In this document: positions 55,855 to 64,000 of the stretch, one piece after another
Position numbering within the stretch: position 1 is the stretch's first letter
How the letters are laid out: each line of letters begins with the position of its first letter
DNA from: Anaerolineae bacterium
Lineage (GTDB): Bacteria > Chloroflexota > Anaerolineae > UBA1429
Assembly: GCA_040767425.1 (NCBI GenBank)
Contig: JAXGON010000001.1
Span: 5,477-69,476, forward strand
Direction of reading: 5' to 3'
Length of the DNA: 64,000 bases
Made by a program: the position numbers and the translations under genes
Notes under the pieces: generated by a model
What the model was told of the DNA's origin: nothing
The model's input: only the letters and a program-made list of their open reading frames with translations
Databases searched by the model: none

Positions 55855-55994
55855 CGCGTGTGTCTCCTCGTGCGCGAAACGCTGCTTTGTGGCGTCCAGA
55901 GGTAGGGCATTGAGCTGGGTACAAGCCCAGAGGACGATTATACGGCAGGGTGGGGCCTGGTCAAACCACCGATGGGGGGGGCGAGTGTGCGCCG

Positions 55995-56396
55995 CTACGA
56001 GGTGAGCTGCCGGACGAGGCCGGTCAAGGCCAGCTCCGCCACCTCCTCGGGCGAGCGCTGGTCGGTATCGATGACCAGGTGGGCGTGTTGGCGCGCGTGG
56101 GCCAGCCTGTCGACCTGGGCTTGGTAGAGAAAGCGGGGCAGCGGCGGATGACGTCGTGCCTGCACCACCGCCAGGCTAGCATCGAGATAGATCAGGACCT
56201 CGGGGCGGGTCAGCAGTCGCCACATCTGGGCGATATGCGAGTGCTCTTGCCCACACTGGACGGCGTCGTATCCCGCGGCCCGTAGGCGCTCCACCAACGT
56301 GGTCTTGCCGGCCGCGCACACGCCGACCACGGCGACGCGGCCCGCTATCGGCTCGGGAACGGTTCGGCCCAGCACCTGGTCCACGGCGACTCCCAA
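55995..56396 (-). CDS. Small P-loop NTPase, nucleotide/nucleoside-kinase-like.
   Basis: Walker A motif VGVCAAGKTTL, and a LIYLDASLAVVQAR lid/Walker-B-like region typical of shikimate/adenylate-kinase-like folds. 133 aa. Confidence 0.55.
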   Translation of the reverse strand: MGVAVDQVLGRTVPEPIAGRVAVVGVCAAGKTTLVERLRAAGYDAVQCGQEHSHIAQMWRLLTRPEVLIYLDASLAVVQARRHPPLPRFLYQAQVDRLAHARQHAHLVIDTDQRSPEEVAELALTGLVRQLTS

Positions 56397-56411
56397 GGCG
56401 GCCAGATGGCG

Positions 56412-57131
56412 CTAGAGACCCAACACGTTATCCAGCGGGACAATAAGGCTCATGCGGCGGGCACCGTAGGCGATGGGATCGGCCAACACGGCGACCACCA
56501 ACACGCTCATGTCATCATGCGGCCGGTACGAGTCGGCCTCCAGGGCGCGAGCCAACAGGAGGTCCGCCATCGCCTGAGCGCTCGGGCCATGGGGCGCCTC
56601 GGCCGTCACGATGGCCAGCAGGTCGATGTCAGCGCGGGCGGCGCCGCCCGTCTCCATGATGCCATCGGTATAGGCGACCAGGTAGGTGCCGGCCGTCACT
56701 GGCACCTCGACCACCACCGGCTTGGTTCGCGCATAGATGCCCAGCACCTGGCTGGGGGCATCCAGGAGTTGTCCCGTGCCGTTCTGAAACAGCACCGGTG
56801 AGCAGCGGCTGTTACGCGAGATCACCAGAGTGCGAGTGCTCAGGTCGACCGAGACGATCTGCAGCTCGGCCGAGACCTGGCCGCGGCGGTGGGTCAGCAG
56901 GTAATCATGGGTGGCGCGCGCCACGGCGCCGTCACGTACACCCTCGCCGATGAGCGACACCGCCTTGCGGGCCACGATGTTGCTGATGATCTTGGCGGAA
57001 CGCCCGCTGCGCTGGCCGTCCACCAGCACGGCCGAGTAACCGCCCTGCGGACGCTCGATCATCTCTAGCGTATCGCCGCTCTCACGCGTCGCGTACTTGG
57101 CCACCTTGGCGGCGCCAAACTGCACCTGCAC
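56412..57131 (-). CDS. PP2C-family (SpoIIE/RsbU-like) serine/threonine phosphatase domain protein.
   Basis: PPM motifs (VLVDGQRSG, AYTDGIMET, DDMSVLV). Confidence 0.7.
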   Translation of the reverse strand: MQVQFGAAKVAKYATRESGDTLEMIERPQGGYSAVLVDGQRSGRSAKIISNIVARKAVSLIGEGVRDGAVARATHDYLLTHRRGQVSAELQIVSVDLSTRTLVISRNSRCSPVLFQNGTGQLLDAPSQVLGIYARTKPVVVEVPVTAGTYLVAYTDGIMETGGAARADIDLLAIVTAEAPHGPSAQAMADLLLARALEADSYRPHDDMSVLVVAVLADPIAYGARRMSLIVPLDNVLGL

Positions 57132-57297
57132 GATGCTCTCCCCCTCTCGTTGACGGGCTCATTCTAGCGCAGCGACGCCATTCTGTGCAACGGGCGGTGA
57201 CGATGATCCTTGACGGCGCCTCCCCTGACCGTATAATCGCCAAGTGACTGTGAGCGATTCGTTCCGCCCTCGGAATGGGCGGGTAGGAGGTGTCTGC

Positions 57298-58194
57298 ATG
57301 CCGAAACAGACGATTGGATTCATCGGGTTGGGTATCATGGGTCGCCCCATGGCGGGCCACCTGTTGGCCGCGGGCCACGACCTGGTCTGCTTTGACGTAG
57401 TACGCGAGGCCGTCGACGAGCTGGTGGGCAAAGGCGCGCAGGCCGCCGCTTCCAGCCGAGAGGCGGCCGAGAGGGCCGACGTGGTGATCTCCATGGTGCC
57501 GGACTCGCCCGACGTGGAGGCCGTCTACCTGGGCGACGAGGGTGTGTTGGCCGGCGCCAAGCCGGATACGCTGCTGATCGACATGTCCACCATCTCGCCC
57601 GTCACAGCGATCGCGGTTGCCCAAGCGGCTGAGGCAAAGGGCTGCCCCATGCTGGATGCTCCGGTCAGTGGTGGGGAGGTGGGAGCGCAAGAGGCGCGTC
57701 TGTCGATCATGGTGGGTGGCGATGAGGCCGCCTTTGAGCGCGCCAAGCCGATCTTTGAGCTGTTGGGCACGCCCACCCTCTGCGGCCCTTCTGGCGCGGG
57801 CCAGACGGTCAAAGCCTGCAACCAGATTCAGGTGGCGCTGAACTTTATCGGGATGGCCGAGGCTCTGGTGTTGGGCGCCAAAGCGGGCGTCCAGCCAGAG
57901 ATCATCATCAAGGTGCTCAGCGCCGGCTATGCCCAAACGCGGGTCATGGATGTGCGCGGCCCGCGGATCGTCGCCGGCGACTATGCGCCAGGGTTTCGCA
58001 GCCGTTTCCATTACAAGGACCTCAACATCATCCGGGAGACTGCGCGCGCCTATGGGGCGTCGCTGCCGGCGTCGGCCCTGGCGCATGAGCTGTTCACCGC
58101 CATGATGGCCAACGGCTGGGGCGATCTGGACCACTCGGCCGTCGTCAAGGTGATCGAGCAACTGAGCGGCTGTGAGCTGCCCGTCAGCGAGTAG
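57298..58194 (+). CDS. NAD(P)-dependent 3-hydroxyisobutyrate/2-hydroxy-3-oxopropionate dehydrogenase family (beta-hydroxyacid dehydrogenase).
   Basis: Rossmann motif IGFIGLGIMG, and the catalytic K in GQTVKACNQ. Shine-Dalgarno GGAGGTG before the ATG at 57298. Confidence 0.8.
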   Translation: MPKQTIGFIGLGIMGRPMAGHLLAAGHDLVCFDVVREAVDELVGKGAQAAASSREAAERADVVISMVPDSPDVEAVYLGDEGVLAGAKPDTLLIDMSTISPVTAIAVAQAAEAKGCPMLDAPVSGGEVGAQEARLSIMVGGDEAAFERAKPIFELLGTPTLCGPSGAGQTVKACNQIQVALNFIGMAEALVLGAKAGVQPEIIIKVLSAGYAQTRVMDVRGPRIVAGDYAPGFRSRFHYKDLNIIRETARAYGASLPASALAHELFTAMMANGWGDLDHSAVVKVIEQLSGCELPVSE

Positions 58195-58287
58195 GCGCGT
58201 AACGGATTCAGATCAGCGAGGGCGCTCTCCAGGGCGCCCTCGCATTGCGGCTGATAGCTTTATAGCTAGCAAGGGAGCGCAGATAGC

Positions 58288-59082
58288 ATGGAACTAGCCC
58301 GGGTACACGCCCTCCTCATCGATCTTGATGGTGTGCTCTATCGGGGCAAGGCGCCGTTGCCAGGGGCCAGCGAACTGTTCGATTTCCTACGCGAGCGCGG
58401 CATCGGCTACCTTTTGGTCACGAACAACTCGACCTTGACCCGTGAGGCCTTTGTCGAGCGTCTGGCTGGCTTTGACATTCACGTCACGCCCGACGAGATC
58501 ATGACCTCTGCGGTGGCCACCGCGGCGTACCTGCGAACGTTGGCGCCCGAGGGGACCAAGGTGAACGTGGTGGGCGAGAGCGGGCTGGTCCACGAGCTGG
58601 AGCGGTTCGGCTTTGTCATGGCGGGACGGGATGCCGAGTACGTCGTAGCTGGCTGGGACAAGACCGTTACCTACGAAAAGCTGCGGGTAGCGACCCTGGC
58701 TATCCGCGATGGGGCCACGTTTGTGGGCACCAACCCCGACAAGACCTATCCCATGGAGAACGATATCATTCCTGGCGCCGGTAGCATCCTGGCAGCGCTG
58801 GTGGCCGCCACCGATGTGGAGCCCATCATCGTGGGCAAGCCCGAGCCGATCATCATCCAGCGCTGCCTGGACTTGACCGGCAGCTCTCCGGCAGAGACCG
58901 CCATCCTGGGCGACCGACTGGACACCGATATACTCGGCGGCCAGAGGGCCGGCATCGGCACCATCCTGGTTCTGACTGGCATCAGCACGCGCGACGAGGC
59001 CGAGGCGTGGACGCCCCGCCCCGATCTGATAGTGAGCGATCTCACCGACCTGCTGCGGCGGTGGGATGCTGCCTTGGGCTAG
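58288..59082 (+). CDS. HAD-superfamily subfamily IIA hydrolase (NagD-like sugar phosphatase).
   Basis: DLDGVLYRG, ...LVTNNST... and ...GDRLDTDI.... Confidence 0.8.
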   Translation: MELARVHALLIDLDGVLYRGKAPLPGASELFDFLRERGIGYLLVTNNSTLTREAFVERLAGFDIHVTPDEIMTSAVATAAYLRTLAPEGTKVNVVGESGLVHELERFGFVMAGRDAEYVVAGWDKTVTYEKLRVATLAIRDGATFVGTNPDKTYPMENDIIPGAGSILAALVAATDVEPIIVGKPEPIIIQRCLDLTGSSPAETAILGDRLDTDILGGQRAGIGTILVLTGISTRDEAEAWTPRPDLIVSDLTDLLRRWDAALG

Positions 59083-59173
59083 CGGCGCCTTTTTGCGAGC
59101 GCCCGTCGCCACGGATATACTAGGCTTGGATTGTTATATTAGCATGTTATGCAAACTTTCCAGGGGGTAATCC

Positions 59174-59875
59174 GTGTTCGGGCTGATGTTCAACTCGACC
59201 TATCTGCTCTTTGCCTTGCCGGCGCTGCTACTGGGCTTGTATGCCCAGGCTCGGGTTAGTTCCGCCTATAGCCGCTATCAGAAGGTGCGCAACCGCCACA
59301 ATATCACCGGTTATGAGGCTGCGCGAAGAATCCTGATGGTGGCCGGCCTCAGCGGGGTGACCATTCAGGAGACACCAGGTCAGCTTTCGGACCACTATGA
59401 CCCCCGCACCAAGTCGCTGCATCTCTCCGCGGGCGTAGCGCGGTCGCCGTCGGTGGCTGCGTTGGGCATCGTGGCCCACGAGATCGGCCACGCCATGCAG
59501 GACGCCGAGGCTTATACGCCGCTGCGCGTGCGGACGGGCATCGTGCCTGTGGTGCAGATCGGCTCGTGGCTGGGTCCCATCGTGTTCGTGCTGGGGATGC
59601 TGTTCCAGACGCCCAATCTCGCGGTGGGGGGGTTGGTCCTCTTTTCGCTGACGGCCGTGTTCGCGCTGGTGACCCTTCCCGTCGAGTACAACGCTAGCGC
59701 TCGCGCTACCCGCCTGCTGGCAACCAGCGGGCTGGTGGCCTCTGAGGAGGAGGAGCAGGGGGTCCGTGCCGTGCTGAACGCTGCGGCGCTGACTTATGTG
59801 GCCGCGGCGGTCCAGGCGATCTCGACCATCCTGTACTATGTGTTTCTCCTCGGCGGCTTTCGTCGTCGTGACTAG
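59174..59875 (+). CDS. Membrane zinc metallopeptidase (YugP/Peptidase_M-like, HExxH).
   Basis: HEIGHAMQD zinc motif, N-terminal and C-terminal TM helices, and the family pattern. Confidence 0.7.
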   Translation: MFGLMFNSTYLLFALPALLLGLYAQARVSSAYSRYQKVRNRHNITGYEAARRILMVAGLSGVTIQETPGQLSDHYDPRTKSLHLSAGVARSPSVAALGIVAHEIGHAMQDAEAYTPLRVRTGIVPVVQIGSWLGPIVFVLGMLFQTPNLAVGGLVLFSLTAVFALVTLPVEYNASARATRLLATSGLVASEEEEQGVRAVLNAAALTYVAAAVQAISTILYYVFLLGGFRRRD

Positions 59876-59901
59876 GCCTCGCCATCTCTGAGAGACACCC
59901 C

Positions 59902-60951
59902 ATGGCAACTCGAACACAGCTGCTCGATCTGACCCTGCGCGAGCTCGAGCAGGAGCTGGTCTCCATGGGAGAGCCCAGCTATCGCGCCGTGCAGGTATGG
60001 GAGTGGCTCTATCGATCGCTGGTGACCAGCTTTGATGAGATGACCAACCTACCCAAGGCTCTGCGCCGCCGCCTGCGAGATCGATGGCGCTGTGAGGCCT
60101 TGCGGGAGGTGACCACCGCGTCGGCGGATGACGGCCGCACCAAAAAGATCCTGCTAGAGGCCGACGACGGAGCGCGGATCGAGACGGTGCTCATGGTCTA
60201 TGACGATCGCAACACCGTTTGTGTATCCTCTCAGGTCGGCTGTGCGGTGGGGTGCCCGTTCTGTGCCACGGGCGCCACGGGGTTAATCCGTAACCTCACG
60301 GCGGGAGAGATCGTGGCCCAGGTGCTTTATGCCGCTCGTATGCTGGCGCAACAGGGGGCCAGCCTCACCAACGTGGTGTACATGGGCATGGGCGAGCCGC
60401 TGCTGAACTATGACGCCGTCTGGCGCGCCACCATGAATCTTCATGATCCTGCCGGCCTGAACGTGGGCACACGCCGCTTTACGGTGTCGACCATCGGGGT
60501 GGTGCCGGGCATCCTCCAGTTGGCGCAAGAAGAGGGCGAGGTGGGGCTGGCCGTGTCGTTGCATGCGCCCGATGATGCGCTACGCAACCAGCTGGTGCCG
60601 ATGAACAAGCGTTACCCCATCGCGGCGGTGCTAGAGGCCGCCCGATCCTATAGCCAGCGGACGGGACGGCGAGTGACTTTTGAGTATGCTCTCATCGCTG
60701 GGGTCAACAGTGCCCCCGCGCAGGCCCAGGCTACGGCCGCCTTGTTGCGGGGGATGCTCTGCCATGTGAACTTGATCCCGCTGAACCCCGTGCCGAACTC
60801 GCCAATGGTGCCCCCGAGCGCGGACGGTGTGGCGCGCTTTCGCGACATCTTGCTGGCGCGAGGGATCCCTACCACCGTGCGCGACAGCCGCGGGGCCGCG
60901 ATCGCCGCGGGTTGCGGGCAGCTTTGCGCCGCCCATGAGACTATACTCTAG
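59902..60951 (+). CDS. rlmN: 23S rRNA (A2503-C2)/tRNA methyltransferase RlmN (radical SAM).
   Basis: CxxxCxxC in [16 protein letters not shown], and a C-terminal Cys in GCGQLC. Confidence 0.9.
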   Translation: MATRTQLLDLTLRELEQELVSMGEPSYRAVQVWEWLYRSLVTSFDEMTNLPKALRRRLRDRWRCEALREVTTASADDGRTKKILLEADDGARIETVLMVYDDRNTVCVSSQVGCAVGCPFCATGATGLIRNLTAGEIVAQVLYAARMLAQQGASLTNVVYMGMGEPLLNYDAVWRATMNLHDPAGLNVGTRRFTVSTIGVVPGILQLAQEEGEVGLAVSLHAPDDALRNQLVPMNKRYPIAAVLEAARSYSQRTGRRVTFEYALIAGVNSAPAQAQATAALLRGMLCHVNLIPLNPVPNSPMVPPSADGVARFRDILLARGIPTTVRDSRGAAIAAGCGQLCAAHETIL

Positions 60952-60974
60952 AGAAACAAGAGAGAAAGCAGTCG

Positions 60975-61643
60975 ATGCAGATCGAACGCCGCGTCCTCAT
61001 CTCACCGTCCATTCTATCGGCCGATTTCTCCCGCCTGGGAGAGCAGGTGCGCGAGGCCGATGCAGCTGGCGCCGACGCCATCCATATCGACGTCATGGAC
61101 GGGCATTTTGTGCCGAACATCACCATCGGGCCGCTGGTCGTGCGGGCGGTGCGGAGGGTAACCGAGCTGCCGCTAGAGGTCCATCTGATGATCGAGCAGC
61201 CCGAGCGCTACATCGCCGACTTTGCCGAGGCGGGCGCCGATCTGATCATCGTCCATGTTGAGACGTGTCCTCATCTCGATCGAACCCTGCATCAGATTCG
61301 TGAGGCTGGCGTGCGCGTGGGCGTTACCCTGAACCCGGCCACTCCCGTCATGGCGCTACAAGAGATTCTGGACTTGGTGGACCATGTGCTGGTAATGAGC
61401 GTGAACCCAGGCTTTGGCGGGCAAAGCCTGATCCCATATACCCTGGGGAAGGTGCGCCAGTTGGTCGCTCTCCGCGACGAGCGCCACCTCGGGTATGACA
61501 TCGAGGTCGACGGCGGCATCAACGCCGAGACGGCGCCATCAGTGGTGGAGGCGGGCGCGAACATCCTGGTGATGGGGTCGGCCATCTTTGGGCATCTAGC
61601 AGGCGTGCAGGATGCTATGGACGAGATTCGCGCGACGCTTTAG
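60975..61643 (+). CDS. rpe: Ribulose-phosphate 3-epimerase.
   Basis: PSILSADF...HIDVMDGHFVPNIT..., ...VNPGFGGQ. Confidence 0.9.
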   Translation: MQIERRVLISPSILSADFSRLGEQVREADAAGADAIHIDVMDGHFVPNITIGPLVVRAVRRVTELPLEVHLMIEQPERYIADFAEAGADLIIVHVETCPHLDRTLHQIREAGVRVGVTLNPATPVMALQEILDLVDHVLVMSVNPGFGGQSLIPYTLGKVRQLVALRDERHLGYDIEVDGGINAETAPSVVEAGANILVMGSAIFGHLAGVQDAMDEIRATL

Positions 61644-61709
61644 CGGGGAACACGGAAGAGGAGCCAGCGACTTGGTCGCTGGCTCCAACAGTTGCGGGCT
61701 AGAGAGTAT

Positions 61710-61892
61710 CTAGGCGGTCTTGCTCAGTGTCCGCAGGCAACGCGTGCAGACGTTCATCCGCTTGGGGCGCCCGTCCACCATCACGATCGTCTTCTGAACG
61801 TTGACATTCCAGCGACGTCGGGTGGTATGCTTGGAGTGTGGGACGTTGTTCCCGAACTGAGGGCCCTTGCCACATATGTCACATTTGGCCAT
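61710..61892 (-). CDS. rpmB: 50S ribosomal protein L28.
   Basis: MAKCDICGKGPQFGNNVPHSKHTTRRRWNVNVQK.... I chose the internal start at 61892; the ORF track extends to 61937. Confidence 0.85.
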   Translation of the reverse strand: MAKCDICGKGPQFGNNVPHSKHTTRRRWNVNVQKTIVMVDGRPKRMNVCTRCLRTLSKTA

Positions 61893-62009
61893 GATATCGA
61901 TCCTCTCCCGAATGCATGCCGCTTGGCATTGCATCATTTGCCACGAGCGTGAGGGCTATGATACCATACCTTTCGCACGTGGGCAAACGGTCCCAGCAGG
62001 AGAAACGCC

Positions 62010-62366
62010 ATGAGCGAGAAGGCAATAACAGGCAAGATCGAGGTATCGCCCAAAGCCATTGCGACCATCGCCGCTGAGGGTGTCCTTCGGTGCTATGGCA
62101 TCGTGGGCATGGCGCCTGCCAATCTAGGCGATGGCATCGCCGAGATCCTTCAGGTCGGCAATCTGCATCGCGGCGTCAAGGTGCAGGTTGTGGATGAGCG
62201 TATCGTCATTGACCTCTATGTGGTGATCCAGTACGGAACCAGGATCTCTGAGGTCGCCCAGAACGTGATGGAAGCGGTCAAGTTCAACGTGGAGCGTTCC
62301 CTGGGCATGCCTGTTGCCGAGGTCAACATTCACGTGCAGGGCTTGCACCTGAACCACGAAGACTAG
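62010..62366 (+). CDS. Asp23/Gls24 family envelope-stress (alkaline shock) protein.
   Basis: 118 aa with the Asp23 family pattern (GKIEVSPKAIATIA...GVKV...V.VYV). Confidence 0.8.
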   Translation: MSEKAITGKIEVSPKAIATIAAEGVLRCYGIVGMAPANLGDGIAEILQVGNLHRGVKVQVVDERIVIDLYVVIQYGTRISEVAQNVMEAVKFNVERSLGMPVAEVNIHVQGLHLNHED

Positions 62367-62406
62367 CATCCCAGCGAGCACCTATCTACTGCGTCGGAGG
62401 CAACTG

Positions 62407-64000
62407 TTGGGCTCAAGTGAGCGTGTACCTGTAAAAAGCACGACAAATTCCGAGGAGCTGGACGGTGTCGCTTTTCTAGAAGGCTTGCGTTCCAGCGGTG
62501 CGTGGTTGCAACAGCATCTCGATAGCATCAACGCGCTGAACGTCTTTCCCGTGCCCGATGGCGATACAGGCACCAATATGTCCCTCACCATCAAGGCGGC
62601 TCTCGCCGAGGTAGGCGACCATCCCAGCGCTGACGTGGGCAGCCTGGCTCAGACTATCGCCCATGGCGCGCTGATGGGCGCTCGGGGGAACTCGGGCGTG
62701 ATTCTTTCGCAAATCCTGCGTGGGATGGCGCGGGCCCTTGAGGGCCGCGCGACACTAGATCCCGCGTCCCTGGCCAAGGCGCTCACCGAGGGCGCTGCGA
62801 CGGCCTACAAGGGTGTCATGAAGCCTGTCGAGGGCACCATCCTGACCGTGGCGCGGGAGTCCGCCGCGGCTGCTGAACGAGCGGCCGCCGCTGGCGGCGG
62901 TCTGCGCGACGTGTTGGCGGCCGCTTACGAAGAGGCCGAGGCATCGGTGCTGCGCACCCCGCGGCTCTTGCCCGTGCTCGCAGAGGCGGGCGTAGTCGAT
63001 GCAGGCGGCACGGGCTATGCTCGCATCCTCGAGGGTTGGCTGCGGCAGATGGATGGTGAACAGGTGACGGACGTCCAACTCGCGGAAAAGAGCATCGAGC
63101 GGGTCGCCGCCCCCGAAGGCGGTTACAACTATGATACCCAGTTCCTGATCAAGGGACGCGACCTAGAGGTGGAAAAGATTCGCGCTGCCATGGCCACCTT
63201 TGGTGATTCGGTGGTCGTTGCGGGCGATGAGACCCTCGTCAAAGTACATGTCCATTGTGATCTCCCTGGCAAGGCGCTGGACTATGCCGTGGGGTTGGGT
63301 GATGTGACCGACGTGGTTATTGAGAACATGGAGCTCCAGTACCGCGAGTTTATGGCCAAGCAGGCCCAGGCGGCGACACCCAACTCGGGGATGGCTGTCG
63401 CCACGAACCAGATGACCAACGGCATCGCCGTGATCGCCGTCGCTTCGGGCGCGGGCTTCAAGCGCGTCTTTGAGAGCTTGGGAGTTGCCGCCGTCATTGA
63501 GGGTGGCCCGACCATGAATCCGAGCACTCAGGAGATTCTCGAGGCCATCGAACAGGCCCCTGGTCAGCAGGTGATCGTGCTGCCAAACAACGGTAATATC
63601 ATCCTCGCTGCTCAACAGGCCAAGGAACTGGCAGCAAAGCAGGTCGAGGTCGTGCCGACCCGCACCGTTCCTCAAGGCATCTCGGCGTTGCTGGCATTCA
63701 ACTATCAGACCGATCTCGAGAGCAATGTCTCGTTCATGAATGAGGCTTGTCGACACGTCACCACGGGCGAGATCACCAGAGCGGTGCGAGACGCCCAGCT
63801 GAACGGCTTGTGCATCCAAGAGGGGCAGATCATCGGCTTGGTGGATGGCAAGCTGGTGACGGCGGCTTGCTCGGTGAGCGAGATTCTACCGCCGCTGCTT
63901 GAGCGGATGAACGTTTCCGACGCGGAAATCGTCACCGTCTATTACGGTGCCGATGTGGACGAGGAGCAGGCGAGCCAGATCGTCGATGAGCTCGAACAGA
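62407..64000 (+). CDS. DAK2-domain fusion protein YloV, partial (3' end beyond the window).
   Basis: Manual translation gives ...EELDGVAFLEGLRSSGAWLQQHLDSINALNVFPVPDGDTGTNMSLT..., typical of a DAK2 N-terminus. The frame stays open to position 64000, so it is absent from the ORF track. The nearest plausible start is the TTG at 62407 after GGAGG (low confidence on the start). Confidence 0.7.
   Translation, partial: MGSSERVPVKSTTNSEELDGVAFLEGLRSSGAWLQQHLDSINALNVFPVPDGDTGTNMSLTIKAALAEVGDHPSADVGSLAQTIAHGALMGARGNSGVILSQILRGMARALEGRATLDPASLAKALTEGAATAYKGVMKPVEGTILTVARESAAAAERAAAAGGGLRDVLAAAYEEAEASVLRTPRLLPVLAEAGVVDAGGTGYARILEGWLRQMDGEQVTDVQLAEKSIERVAAPEGGYNYDTQFLIKGRDLEVEKIRAAMATFGDSVVVAGDETLVKVHVHCDLPGKALDYAVGLGDVTDVVIENMELQYREFMAKQAQAATPNSGMAVATNQMTNGIAVIAVASGAGFKRVFESLGVAAVIEGGPTMNPSTQEILEAIEQAPGQQVIVLPNNGNIILAAQQAKELAAKQVEVVPTRTVPQGISALLAFNYQTDLESNVSFMNEACRHVTTGEITRAVRDAQLNGLCIQEGQIIGLVDGKLVTAACSVSEILPPLLERMNVSDAEIVTVYYGADVDEEQASQIVDELEQ

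Noticed and set aside
1-64000. A CRISPR array, rRNA operon, transposase or integrase, or prophage genes.
   Set aside because: I scanned for regularly spaced direct repeats, rRNA-like conserved blocks and IS/integrase-like ORFs and found none. The only repeats are the 30-bp motif at 7264-7329 and 27392-27487 and the short promoter-region repeats noted above.

Overview
This 64 kb window is high-GC (about 65%) bacterial chromosomal DNA. The gene content (YVTN beta-propeller lipoprotein, DUF4349 lipoprotein, SpoIID/amidase wall hydrolase, archaeal-type myo-inositol-1-phosphate synthase, GAAC-N4-GTTC type LexA box) is compatible with a Chloroflexota/Thermomicrobia-like or similar Gram-positive-type lineage, but that is inference only. 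Coding density is high, and most genes are housekeeping or carbohydrate/cell-envelope functions: dnaE, valS with a T-box leader, secDF, lexA with an SOS-box promoter, thiI, miaA, rlmN, rpe, rpmB, L25/Ctc, galK, GH1 beta-glucosidase, GH38 alpha-mannosidase, sugar-phosphate isomerases, a two-component pair, endonuclease V, arfB, and one tRNA-Thr. I found no rRNA, no CRISPR array and no transposase or integrase. Observations worth a second look: (1) a C_GCAxxG_C_C family redox-protein gene interrupted by an in-frame TGA exactly at its first conserved Cys, a strong selenocysteine candidate that the ORF track splits into 18-aa and 107-aa pieces, translationally coupled to galK. (2) A 337-aa hypothetical protein with a C-terminal HEPN-like R-x4-HRG motif directly upstream of lexA. 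(3) A low-GC 28-30 bp repeat (CCACCCAAATGATAATGTTACCGAAGG on the minus strand) present at two loci 20 kb apart, once as a tandem pair at the truncation point of a GAF/fRMsr gene remnant and once as half of an 11-bp inverted repeat upstream of the L25 gene. (4) An alpha/beta-hydrolase gene broken into three ORF pieces, either by two apparent compensating frameshifts about 100 nt apart or by a single TGA. (5) A REC-domain protein whose kinase-like module has lost the phospho-accepting His and the N/G-box residues. (6) A DegT aminotransferase plus myo-inositol-1-phosphate synthase operon with a divergent GNAT gene. Many long ORFs in the six-frame track are high-GC antisense shadow ORFs and are ignored.
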